64,000 nucleotides of DNA from Gammaproteobacteria bacterium. Its GTDB lineage: Bacteria; Pseudomonadota; Gammaproteobacteria; Magnimaribacterales; AG-339-G14. The stretch is from the NCBI GenBank assembly GCA_045564455.1, contig JBJLHG010000002.1, forward strand, positions 231,877 through 295,876, in the 5' to 3' direction. Made by a program: the position numbers and the translations under genes. This document shows positions 1 to 8,385 of the stretch, one piece after another. Position 1 is the stretch's first letter, and the number at the start of each line of letters is the position of its first letter. A model generated the notes under the pieces. The model was given only the letters and a program-made list of their open reading frames with translations, did not search any database and had not been told where the DNA came from.

Positions 1-157
1 TTCGACTCAACATCTTCATTTTGGAATGGGGCAAACCGAAACTAAACTCAATCTTCCGTCTGGAAGACACGTTCTTCAATTAGTTTTAGGTGATAAATAT
101 CATGTGCCGCATCAGCCACCATTGACGTCCCAGAGAATCTTGGTAACTGTAGAGTAG
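1..157 (+). CDS. DUF4399 domain protein, C-terminal fragment (gene starts left of the window)
   Basis: Frame 2 is open from the window edge to TAG at 155-157. The tail HLHFGMGQTETKLNLPSGRHVLQLVLGDKYHVPHQPPLTSQRILVTVE fits the conserved C-terminal half of DUF4399 proteins (HLHFG.GQTE ... G.H.LQL.LGD..H.PH). Confidence 0.5.
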   Translation, partial: STQHLHFGMGQTETKLNLPSGRHVLQLVLGDKYHVPHQPPLTSQRILVTVE

Positions 158-231
158 AAACTTTGCCGAAAAAAAAATGATGGGAAAGTATTTAAAATAT
201 TTTTTCTAGCTTTATAAAGTATTAATTAGTT

Positions 232-237
232 TATAAT
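232..237 (+). promoter_or_regulatory. Candidate -10 hexamer TATAAT, which would place the transcription start at or near the A of the micro-ORF ATG (leaderless)
   Basis: Exact TATAAT lies 6 nt upstream of ATG 244, and there is no Shine-Dalgarno sequence in between. AT-rich background makes a chance hexamer likely, and I found no good -35. Confidence 0.2.
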
Positions 238-243
238 TGGTCT

Positions 244-291
244 ATGTGTGAATGTTGTGATTGCTGCGAGTGCACTTGTTGCACGAAGTAA
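244..291 (+). CDS. Polycysteine micro-ORF MCECCDCCECTCCTK (candidate Cys-responsive leader peptide for the downstream TauD-family gene)
   Basis: ATG 244, TAA 289-291. Eight of 15 codons are Cys (a TGT/TGC mix) interspersed with E/D/T. It lies in the 200-nt intergenic region, 67 nt upstream of and co-oriented with the TauD-like gene. Confidence 0.45.
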   Translation: MCECCDCCECTCCTK

Positions 292-358
292 AAATTTAAA
301 TTAGAAGAAACTAAACCATTGTTTTGGTTAACAGACTGATGGTAGAGTATTTTTTAAT

Positions 359-1225
359 ATGAATAAGTTCAGTCCAGATGCTTTTGAAAAAAAAGAGCTG
401 CCTTTTACAGTTAACAGACTTAGCCCTACTATTGGCGGTGAAATTTTAGGCATTGATTTATCCAAACCCCTAGATGCTAAAACAAAAGATTTAATCTATG
501 AGGCTTTATTGGTCTATAAAGTTATTTTTTTTAGGGATCAGAACATTTCTACAGAGCAACACATGGATTTTTCAAAGAATTTTGGAGAGTTAGAAATTCA
601 TCCTTTTGCTCCAAAAAAAGAGAGTTTCCCTGAGGTTCTGGTAATTTCTCACAATGAAAAAAGTAAAGGTAGAGAGAATACTTGGCATTCTGATGTTACT
701 TGGAGACAACAACCATCTCTTGGATCTGTATTAAGAATGATAGAGAAACCAGATCATGGAGGCGATACTTTATTTGCAGATATGTATGCTGCTTATGATG
801 GACTGAGCGATGAAGTAAAAGAAAAACTAGAAGGTGCTATAGCTGTTCATGACTTTGCAAATTTTAGAAATAGACTGATTAAGCAAGGAAAGTCGAATCG
901 TGAAATTGAAGCTTTCAACAAGGAATATCCTATGCCGGAACATCCAGTAATAAGAACGCACCCAGATACAAATAAAAAAGTTATATACGTAAATGCTGCA
1001 TTTACTCAATACATTAAAGGGTGGGATAAAGAGGAGTCAAAAGATATGTTAACTTTTCTTTATTCTACGGCATCAATACCAGAATATCAGTGTCGCTTTG
1101 CATGGCAAGATAATTCCATAGCGTTTTGGGATAACAGAGCATGTCAGCATTATGCAAACTCAGATTACTGGCCAAATATAAGGAAAGTAGAAAGAGTTAC
1201 AATTGTTGGTGATAGGCCTTATTAA
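359..1225 (+). CDS. tauD: Taurine/sulfonate alpha-ketoglutarate-dependent dioxygenase (TauD/TfdA family)
   Basis: Colinear with E. coli TauD: FGELEIHP, WHSDVTW (HxD iron ligands), GGDTLFADM, HPVIRTHP, WDNRACQHYANSDY (distal His), VTIVGDRP. Confidence 0.85.
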   Translation: MNKFSPDAFEKKELPFTVNRLSPTIGGEILGIDLSKPLDAKTKDLIYEALLVYKVIFFRDQNISTEQHMDFSKNFGELEIHPFAPKKESFPEVLVISHNEKSKGRENTWHSDVTWRQQPSLGSVLRMIEKPDHGGDTLFADMYAAYDGLSDEVKEKLEGAIAVHDFANFRNRLIKQGKSNREIEAFNKEYPMPEHPVIRTHPDTNKKVIYVNAAFTQYIKGWDKEESKDMLTFLYSTASIPEYQCRFAWQDNSIAFWDNRACQHYANSDYWPNIRKVERVTIVGDRPY

Positions 1226-1324
1226 GCCTTTAATTATTTATAACTTGAAACGAGAAAAAAAAAGAGGAGAATAGACTACCATTTTCCAATCAAATGAAAC
1301 TTTTAGAAGACTATTAAATTTTAA

Positions 1325-1726
1325 ATGAGATCACAACTATTCGGCGATAGATTTGCCATGACTTTGTCAGCAGCATGTGTCATCCATTGTTTTTTTGTTC
1401 CCTCTTTCCTCATTCTATCTTCAGGATTTCTTTCATTTTCTATAGACAACGAATTCATTCACAAAATGATCGTAATGATCGCCATTCCAGTAAGTATTTT
1501 TTCTTTTTCAGCGGGATATAAAAATCACAAAACTATTATGTCATTTCTGCCCTTGGGAATTATCGGACTTTTCGTGCTAAGTTTTGCCGTAGTCTTTGGT
1601 GAGGAAATTCTGGGTGAATTTATTGAAAAAGGCCTTACCTTAGTTGGCTCCATGTTGGTTGCATATTCGCACTTTAAAAACTATAGAGCATGCAAGAATG
1701 CTGATTGCAATTGCCACGAAGCATAA
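1325..1726 (+). CDS. MerC-domain-like small membrane protein with Cys pairs
   Basis: 133 aa with about 4 TM segments. Has AACVIHC in TM1 and a C-terminal CKNADCNCH. Family assignment is from memory only. Confidence 0.4.
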   Translation: MRSQLFGDRFAMTLSAACVIHCFFVPSFLILSSGFLSFSIDNEFIHKMIVMIAIPVSIFSFSAGYKNHKTIMSFLPLGIIGLFVLSFAVVFGEEILGEFIEKGLTLVGSMLVAYSHFKNYRACKNADCNCHEA

Positions 1727-1777
1727 AAAGAGCTTATTTTTTTACTATTTTCTAACTTCTCTCGTTAATGTATCAAT

Positions 1778-2158
1778 CTAAGCAATAAGATTTGAGCCCA
1801 TCATAAATAAAACAATAACTGATGGTGCCCATATAAAAGGTCTGACGTGTTTAAATCTATAAAGATCTACCATAGCGCCTAGCAGATAAACGACTCTTAA
1901 TCCCAACCAAATCTGAGCCAAAAGTAAATTATCCACTTCTAAAACTACAGATAAAACAGCAAAAGTTAAAAAAATAGGTAGCGTTTGTCTCAAATTTTCA
2001 CTTGCTAAAACCATTCTCTTTGAGAGATTGTTCTCATTAGAGACATCGCCGCCAGCAAAAGACCACTCAACGAAAGGTACTTTATTAAGCGAAAAACTCA
2101 TTCTTAAAAAAAGATGTAATAGATAAAAAACTCCAACATAATAAATTACTTCAACCAT
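1778..2158 (-). CDS. MAPEG family membrane protein
   Basis: The hydrophobic ~126-aa product is of MAPEG size and topology. I prefer the internal ATG at 2158, preceded by GGAGA, over the track start at 2227. Confidence 0.5.
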   Translation of the reverse strand: MVEVIYYVGVFYLLHLFLRMSFSLNKVPFVEWSFAGGDVSNENNLSKRMVLASENLRQTLPIFLTFAVLSVVLEVDNLLLAQIWLGLRVVYLLGAMVDLYRFKHVRPFIWAPSVIVLFMMGSNLIA

Positions 2159-2241
2159 AGCATTCTCCAATATTTTTTTAATGTTAAAGCCTTTGAGCAA
2201 AAATTTAAAGAAAATATATTCAACCAAGCTATAATTTACCC

Positions 2242-3153
2242 ATGGGGAATTATGATTCTATATTGAGCCCTGATGAGATTGCTCAATTAAGAGAGAAAAA
2301 AGATTGGGTTACTACTTGGACAGTTGTCTCCATGTGGTCTCAAATTTTTTTAGCTTTCTTTTTGTTTGCTGTATTTCCTAACCCATTTGTATTTATAGTC
2401 TCAGCTTTAATTGTTGGCGCGAAACAATTTGAAATGACTGTGCTCATGCACGATGGCGCACATGGCCTGATGTATAAAAACAGGAAGCTAAATGATTTCA
2501 TTTCTCAGTGGTTTTGTTCTTATCCGGTAATGACCGATACACTTCCGTATAGAAAGATTCATTCTCAACACCATAAATTTACAGAAACCGACCAAGATCC
2601 TGATCTTGGGTTAACCAAAGCTTTTCCAACTACAAATAAAAGTTTAATGAGAAAAGCTCTTAGAGATTTAAGTGGAATAGCTGGTATGAGAAGATATTTG
2701 GGAGCTTTTAAATCTGCCTGGGGTAGTAACTTAAGTTTGGTAGGTCACTTTAGGAGATTTTTTAAAAAACTTTATGGTTTTTTTACAACCAATGCAGTAA
2801 TTTTTTCAGTTTTATTTTTTACAGGAAACCCTTGGCTATACCTCTTGCTATGGTGGGTTCCAATGATTACTTTGTTTAGTTTCTTTTATAGAATTAGAAG
2901 CATTACTGAACACTCTGGAGTAGAAGGAGGAAATGATTTTAAAAATACCAGAACGACTTTAGTACCTTGGTATTTAGGATATTTTTTGGCGCCTCTAAAT
3001 GTGAACTTCCATATAGAGCACCATTTGTTTACTTTTTGTCCTTGGTATAATTTGCCAAAAGCTCATAAGCTTCTTGAACAAAAGGGTTATATTTCAGAAA
3101 TGGAAATTGCTCGAAGCTATAAAGAAGTTTACAAAAAAATCCTTATTCAATGA
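2242..3153 (+). CDS. Fatty acid desaturase family membrane protein
   Basis: Three histidine boxes (HDGAHG, HSQHHKF, HIEHHLF) and several TM segments. Confidence 0.85.
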   Translation: MGNYDSILSPDEIAQLREKKDWVTTWTVVSMWSQIFLAFFLFAVFPNPFVFIVSALIVGAKQFEMTVLMHDGAHGLMYKNRKLNDFISQWFCSYPVMTDTLPYRKIHSQHHKFTETDQDPDLGLTKAFPTTNKSLMRKALRDLSGIAGMRRYLGAFKSAWGSNLSLVGHFRRFFKKLYGFFTTNAVIFSVLFFTGNPWLYLLLWWVPMITLFSFFYRIRSITEHSGVEGGNDFKNTRTTLVPWYLGYFLAPLNVNFHIEHHLFTFCPWYNLPKAHKLLEQKGYISEMEIARSYKEVYKKILIQ

Positions 3154-3884
3154 TTGATTTATATTACGCTCCAACCCCGAATGGTTGGAAGATTTCAATT
3201 ATGCTTGAAGAGTGTGAATTGGATTATAAAGTCATCCCGATTAATTTAGGAAAGGGCGATCAATTTAAGCCAGAGTTCTTAAGAATTAGTCCTAATAATA
3301 GAATGCCTGCCATTGTTGATCACACCAATATTATAAATGGAGAAGCAATGAGTATTTTCGAGTCTGGAGCAATCTTGATGTATCTTGGAGAGCGAACTGG
3401 GCAGTTTTTTTCGCAGAAATCTCCTGAAAAAGAAAAAGTTTTGGAATGGCTATTCTGGCAAATAGGCGGATTAGGTCCAATGGCAGGCCAGGTAAGTCAT
3501 TTTGTAAACTATGCCCCAAATTTTCCAGGTGATCATTCTTATTCTGAAAAGCGATATAAAAATGAATATGATCGTTTGCTGGGAGTTATGGAAAGAATAT
3601 TAACAGAGCGAGAATATTTAGCTGGTGATTACTCCATTGCTGATATGGCTTCTTTCCCTTGGGTTACAGCTTATAAAAGATATGAAGTGGATCTAGACTC
3701 TTTTACCAACGTCAGAAGATGGTTTGATGCAATTAAAATGAGGCCGGCGGTAAGAAGGGGAATGGAAGTGGGTAAAGAACAGAGAAACTTTGGCAAAGGT
3801 ATTTCTAAAGAAAGCCTTAAGACAATGTTTAGTCAAGATGCTAAAAGCATAGCCAAAATGGCTGAAGATAAAGAAAATAAATAA
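3150..3884 (+). CDS. yfcG: Nu-class glutathione S-transferase / GSH-dependent disulfide reductase, YfcG-like
   Basis: Nearly colinear with E. coli YfcG: MIDLYYAPTPNGWKI, GKGDQFKPEFLRISPNNRMPAIVDH, FESGAILMYL, WLFWQIGGLGPM. Confidence 0.85.
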   Translation: MIDLYYAPTPNGWKISIMLEECELDYKVIPINLGKGDQFKPEFLRISPNNRMPAIVDHTNIINGEAMSIFESGAILMYLGERTGQFFSQKSPEKEKVLEWLFWQIGGLGPMAGQVSHFVNYAPNFPGDHSYSEKRYKNEYDRLLGVMERILTEREYLAGDYSIADMASFPWVTAYKRYEVDLDSFTNVRRWFDAIKMRPAVRRGMEVGKEQRNFGKGISKESLKTMFSQDAKSIAKMAEDKENK

Positions 3885-3887
3885 ACT

Positions 3888-4481
3888 TTATAGAAGTCCT
3901 TCTAATAGTTGTATACGATCATTTCCAAAAAACATATCGTTGTCATTTATAAAAAAAGTCGGAGAACCAAATCCACCTCTGTCCATTAATTCTTGAGTGT
4001 TATTAATCAATCTAGTCTTGGTTTTAGATTGGTTAATAAACTCAAAAAAAATATCTGGAGAAACATTAAACCTGCCTGCAACAGCAGATAAGAAATCATC
4101 TGAAGAAATATCTTTCCCATCACTCCAATACGATTTAAAAATAAATTCTAAATAAGATTCAATGTTCCCATTATCTATAAAATAAAAAGCTCCTCTCATA
4201 GCTCGAACACTATTAATAGGAAATATTTTTGGCCAATTTATAGTTATGTCACGGTATTGAGCCCAGTCCGCTAGGTCCTTTTGTGAATAATCAAGCTTTT
4301 CTTTTATTGGATTTTTTCGGCTTTCATAGACGCTTGGATTGATGGAATTAAAAATACCTCCAACAAGAATAGGTTTCCAAATAATTTTAAAATCTTTCCT
4401 TTCCATTAGGTCTAAAACACCCATAAATGAAAGATAAGTCCAAGGGCTACTGCAGTCTAAGAAATATTCTAATTTTTTCAT
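3888..4481 (-). CDS. 2-hydroxychromene-2-carboxylate isomerase / DsbA-like (kappa-GST type) protein
   Basis: DsbA-like fold. N-terminal YFLDCSSPWTY and C-terminal GGFGSPTFFI...FFGNDR are typical of the HCCA isomerase family. Confidence 0.75.
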   Translation of the reverse strand: MKKLEYFLDCSSPWTYLSFMGVLDLMERKDFKIIWKPILVGGIFNSINPSVYESRKNPIKEKLDYSQKDLADWAQYRDITINWPKIFPINSVRAMRGAFYFIDNGNIESYLEFIFKSYWSDGKDISSDDFLSAVAGRFNVSPDIFFEFINQSKTKTRLINNTQELMDRGGFGSPTFFINDNDMFFGNDRIQLLEGLL

Positions 4482-4499
4482 TAGTAAAATTTTATTCGG

Positions 4500-5249
4500 C
4501 TATTCCAAAATAATTTTGACACCACCCAAAGAGATTTCGTTGTTTTGCATGACTTCCATTTCCAAGGCATTTTCTATAATTTTTTCTTTATTAAACGATT
4601 TAACAATAAAAGCACTTACGCCTTCTCCTCTGCCATCAGTATCATCTACAAAAATTATTTTTGACCGATCGAGTTGAATAGTTATTTCATCTGAGGAAGA
4701 TCTCTTTACACCCAAAGCTTTTTCCCATTTCGAGCAAAGATTTGAAGGGTTGTCAGATTGCATGATCACACCAGAAAGGCAATCAACTAATTTAAGATTA
4801 ATATCCTTTTCCCAGTTTGTTCCAGCCCAAAGCCACGCATTCGCTGGCTCCATTTTATCCAATGATAAAATTGCTCCTCCAACTTGCTTGGGATGCAAGT
4901 GAATGGTCCTCGCACGAATTTCTTCTTCTCTTCTGTCTCCCTGCCAAACAATCTCAATATCGGAAGAATTAATTCTTTCTTCTTCTTTCTCAAAACATTC
5001 TACATCCACGATCACCATATAACCGCCTTCACCATTTCTTTTTTTTAAAAATCTTTCAGCAGTCGTATTTTTCTGAACGGGCATGACTATTTCAAAAAAA
5101 GTATCGTTGAGGGGGATGAGAACATTTTCCAAACCAAAATTAATTAGACCGGCATCATGATAGGTTTCTTTGAGATCTAAAAGATTACAAATCTGACTGG
5201 CTAATTTATCCCTTTCCTCGCTAACAAAAACTAACTGTCTAATTCTCAT
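4500..5249 (-). CDS. VOC / glyoxalase-like domain protein
   Basis: Starts at MRIRQLVFVSE... (ATG 5249); the 22-codon upstream extension in the track looks spurious. Has glyoxalase-like repeats (FFEIVMP, GGYMVIVDV). Confidence 0.5.
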   Translation of the reverse strand: MRIRQLVFVSEERDKLASQICNLLDLKETYHDAGLINFGLENVLIPLNDTFFEIVMPVQKNTTAERFLKKRNGEGGYMVIVDVECFEKEEERINSSDIEIVWQGDRREEEIRARTIHLHPKQVGGAILSLDKMEPANAWLWAGTNWEKDINLKLVDCLSGVIMQSDNPSNLCSKWEKALGVKRSSSDEITIQLDRSKIIFVDDTDGRGEGVSAFIVKSFNKEKIIENALEMEVMQNNEISLGGVKIILE

Positions 5250-5290
5250 AATCTTTGTAGAATAACAAATAATAAACAAGTGAGAAATAA

Positions 5291-6106
5291 ATGATGGAAT
5301 TAGATACAGGCACAACTCATCTATTGGCTAAAAAAGAAAATGGAGTGGGTTACTTAATTATGAATAGACCGGAAGCAAGAAATGCAATGTCTATGGAAAT
5401 GAATGAGGCGCTGCAAAAGAAAATCGCTGAATTTGAGCTAGATAACGATATTCGATGTATTGTTTTAACTGGCGCTGGGAAAGGTTTTTGTGCCGGTGGA
5501 GATGTAAAAGGCATGGCATCTAAGGATAGCAACGATGAGAATACAATTGATAAAGCCATTCATAGGCAAAGAGATCACCAAAGAGGCACTTCAGGGAAAT
5601 TATTTAAAATGCCAAAACCTACAATAGCCTCAATACCAGGCCCAGCAGCGGGAGCAGGACTTTCTTATGCATTGTCTTGTGATCTAAGAATAATGTCTTC
5701 TGAAGCATTCATGACCACAGCTTTTGCAAAAGTAGGATTTTCTGGAGATTACGGTGGAACTTATTTCATGTCCAAGTTAATCGGTTCTGCTAAAGCAAGA
5801 GAACTATATTTCCTTTCCGAAAGAATATCTGCAAAGGAGGCTTTAAATTTAGGACTTACAAATTGGATAGAAGAACCTGAAGAACTAGAGCTTAAAACTA
5901 AAGAATTAGCAGAAAAATTAGCATCCGGCCCAGCAGTCGCATATAGATATATGAAAGAAAATCTCAATAGAGCAATGAGTGGAGAAATAGATGAATGTCT
6001 AGACCTAGAGGCAACCCATCATGTTCATTGTGGTGAAACTATGGATCATAAAAACGCTGTTAAAGCATTTGTTGAGAAAAAGACTCCAAAGTTTCAAGGA
6101 AAATAA
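5291..6106 (+). CDS. Enoyl-CoA hydratase/isomerase (crotonase) family protein
   Basis: LIMNRPEARNAM and the oxyanion-hole motif LTGAGKGFCAGGDV. Full-length crotonase fold. Confidence 0.85.
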   Translation: MMELDTGTTHLLAKKENGVGYLIMNRPEARNAMSMEMNEALQKKIAEFELDNDIRCIVLTGAGKGFCAGGDVKGMASKDSNDENTIDKAIHRQRDHQRGTSGKLFKMPKPTIASIPGPAAGAGLSYALSCDLRIMSSEAFMTTAFAKVGFSGDYGGTYFMSKLIGSAKARELYFLSERISAKEALNLGLTNWIEEPEELELKTKELAEKLASGPAVAYRYMKENLNRAMSGEIDECLDLEATHHVHCGETMDHKNAVKAFVEKKTPKFQGK

Positions 6107-6127
6107 GAAATCAAATATCATCATATT

Positions 6128-6964
6128 TTGCGTAATTTATTAGTTTTATTAGTCTTTTCTTTCTCTCTTTTTATTGCGGCAAATGAAGATGAAAAAGATT
6201 TCATCGAATTATCTTATGGAGATTCAGAAAAACAGAAAATAGATTTTTATCCGGGCACTTCAAAAAAAGTATTAGTTTGGATTCATGGAGGCGGCTGGCT
6301 ATACGGAGATAAAAGAGCTTCTAGATGGATAGAAAGATTGGAAAAATTCTTTCCAATAAATGAAGATTTAAACATCTTTATGGTTGGTTATCGTCTTGGA
6401 AGAAACACCGCCCCGCAAGCAGCAGAAGACGTTCTTTGTGCTTATAAGTTCATAGAGCAAGAAATCTCTAAAAGGGATCTTTCATCTGAAGACATTACTA
6501 TAATGGGCTTCAGCTCAGGAGGTCACCTAGCGTTGATGACAGGCTTAATGAATAGCAAAGGCAGTGGGCATGAATGCATTGCTAAAAAATCACCTGCGGC
6601 AATTATTAATTTTTTTGGAATAACAGACATAGAGAAAAATTATTATTTTTTGAAAGAAAATAATGCATTTTTAAACTTTGTTAGTTGGTGGGTGGACTCA
6701 GAAGAAAGTATTTTAAAGATATCAAATAAATATTCACCTGTTAATTTAGTTAGTGAAAATTCTCCACCAACAATAACAGTTCATGGCGATAAGGACACTT
6801 TAGTTGGTTATGATCAAGCGCTTATTCTAAAAGAGATAATGGGGGATAAAAATCAATTGGTGACTGTAGAAGGAGGCGGACACTGGAGATTTTCTGAGGA
6901 TCAAAATAAAAAAATTAAGACTGAAATAGATAGATTCATGAAAAAGAATATTTTTAAAAATTAA
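6128..6964 (+). CDS. Secreted alpha/beta hydrolase (esterase/lipase, HGGG type)
   Basis: TTG start, signal peptide, HGGGW oxyanion motif, GFSSGG nucleophile elbow, C-terminal HGDKD. Confidence 0.8.
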   Translation: MRNLLVLLVFSFSLFIAANEDEKDFIELSYGDSEKQKIDFYPGTSKKVLVWIHGGGWLYGDKRASRWIERLEKFFPINEDLNIFMVGYRLGRNTAPQAAEDVLCAYKFIEQEISKRDLSSEDITIMGFSSGGHLALMTGLMNSKGSGHECIAKKSPAAIINFFGITDIEKNYYFLKENNAFLNFVSWWVDSEESILKISNKYSPVNLVSENSPPTITVHGDKDTLVGYDQALILKEIMGDKNQLVTVEGGGHWRFSEDQNKKIKTEIDRFMKKNIFKN

Positions 6965-6988
6965 AAAAATTAGGTAAGGTTTAAATAA

Positions 6989-7381
6989 ATGAAAACACTT
7001 ACTGAAAAAATAACCTTTGAATGTTCAGCATCAAGTTTATGGAACATATTATCTGATGTTACTAGATGTGATTGGGTGCCTACTATAGAAGAAATTAGCC
7101 TGGAAGGAGACTGTCGAGTTTTTGAAATGGAAGGCATGGGCACTGTTAAAGAGCGGATTTTATTGCTTGATAACGAATCAATGAAATTGCAATATTCAGC
7201 AGTTGAAACTCGAACGCCACTGGAACATCATCTGGCAACTATGCATATCACCGAACTAAATAATGAAACCTGTCAATTAGAGTGGACCACAGAAATAGAC
7301 CCTGAGATATTTGCAGATGCAATCCATCAAGGTATGTTGATATCAATTGAGGGAATTTCAAAAGTCGTATCAAATAATTAA
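6989..7381 (+). CDS. SRPBCC (START/polyketide-cyclase-like) family protein
   Basis: 130 aa with a typical SRPBCC N-terminus (W..L.D......W.P) and matching size. Confidence 0.6.
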   Translation: MKTLTEKITFECSASSLWNILSDVTRCDWVPTIEEISLEGDCRVFEMEGMGTVKERILLLDNESMKLQYSAVETRTPLEHHLATMHITELNNETCQLEWTTEIDPEIFADAIHQGMLISIEGISKVVSNN

Positions 7382-7393
7382 TAAAAATTAAAT

Positions 7394-7939
7394 ATGATCG
7401 ATTACTTTAAAACCCAAAAAATCATTCATTGGTTAATGGCTATTATGATTATGCTTGATTTGAATGTTGCGCAAAAATTTGGTGGTGATATGGAGCTTTT
7501 GGACAGACTGGAATCACGAGCTGATCATGCGACTGCCGGCTTAATAGTGACATTTCTATTTATTTTGAGAATGATTCTTAGATATAGGTATGGCGCTCCT
7601 GAGTTGCCTGCAACAATGCCAAAATGGCAGGTGATTTCAGCCAAAGCTGGCCATTACGGACTTTATATTCTAATGGCAGGTTTGATTATTACTGGAATTA
7701 TCTCAGCTTCATTCGCATCTGATACGATAATGATCTTTGGCTCTTATGATTTGGCCTTTTTCACTCATAATGAAAATTTGTTTTCAATCATTAGAAATGT
7801 TCATGAGTTTTGTACAAACGCCATTATTGCTTTAATAATAATTCATATCCTAGCTGCTCTTTATCATCACTTCGTCGTAAAAGATCAAACTACTTTAAAT
7901 ATGACTAAATTTTGGACTTCGAAAACTCAAACAGATTAA
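7394..7939 (+). CDS. Cytochrome b561 family protein
   Basis: Four TM segments with conserved His residues (HWLMAIMIM, HATAG, HILAALYHHF). Confidence 0.75.
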   Translation: MIDYFKTQKIIHWLMAIMIMLDLNVAQKFGGDMELLDRLESRADHATAGLIVTFLFILRMILRYRYGAPELPATMPKWQVISAKAGHYGLYILMAGLIITGIISASFASDTIMIFGSYDLAFFTHNENLFSIIRNVHEFCTNAIIALIIIHILAALYHHFVVKDQTTLNMTKFWTSKTQTD

Positions 7940-7960
7940 TATGACTGAGGGGAAAACTAT

Positions 7961-8329
7961 ATGAGTGAAATATTTTTTGGAGCATGTGCCTTTATATGTA
8001 TTGGAGGTTTTTTTATTCATGAAATAAAAGGAACCCCTTTAATGATTCCTCCTTTAGAAGACTCTGATCTTCAGCCCAATGTTAAAGGCCTTTTAAAATT
8101 TTCTTGGCATGTGGGTTCAATTTTATCTTTGGGTATAGGTTCTCTGTTTATGATTACAATAGCTATTCCTGGAAACGAATTGATGTCTAAAGTAGGGACA
8201 GCAATGTTAATTGGAATGGCTCTTATAGCTTTATCAATGTCTTACAAAAATCCAGTCATGCGGAAAACACCTGCGCCTTACTTATGGCCTTTTAGTTCTT
8301 TATTGGGAATATTAGGTATTTATTTATGA
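7961..8329 (+). CDS. Hypothetical small membrane protein
   Basis: 122 aa with 3-4 hydrophobic segments. No family recognised. Confidence 0.5.
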   Translation: MSEIFFGACAFICIGGFFIHEIKGTPLMIPPLEDSDLQPNVKGLLKFSWHVGSILSLGIGSLFMITIAIPGNELMSKVGTAMLIGMALIALSMSYKNPVMRKTPAPYLWPFSSLLGILGIYL

Positions 8330-8385
8330 ATAATTCTCATCCTTTAGCTGCATTAACCGCTGAAGAAATTAAAAAGGAGGCATAA
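8326..8385 (+). pseudogene. 19-codon relic of the 5' end of a copper amine oxidase gene
   Basis: MNNSHPLAALTAEEIKKEA*. HPLAALTAEEIK matches the conserved CuAO N-terminal motif HPL..LT..EI (E. coli TynA has HPLNALTADEIKQ). It has an ATGA overlap with the upstream ORF, and its stop abuts the next ATG. Confidence 0.35.

Noticed and set aside
1727-1777. A possible bidirectional terminator between the convergent genes: AAGC-ataaaaaga-GCTT followed by a T-run.
   Set aside because: The stem is only 4 bp with a 9-nt loop, which is too weak to call. The same was true of the other hairpins I inspected, for example AATCCTTT-tgaa-AAAGAATT near 20385-20405.
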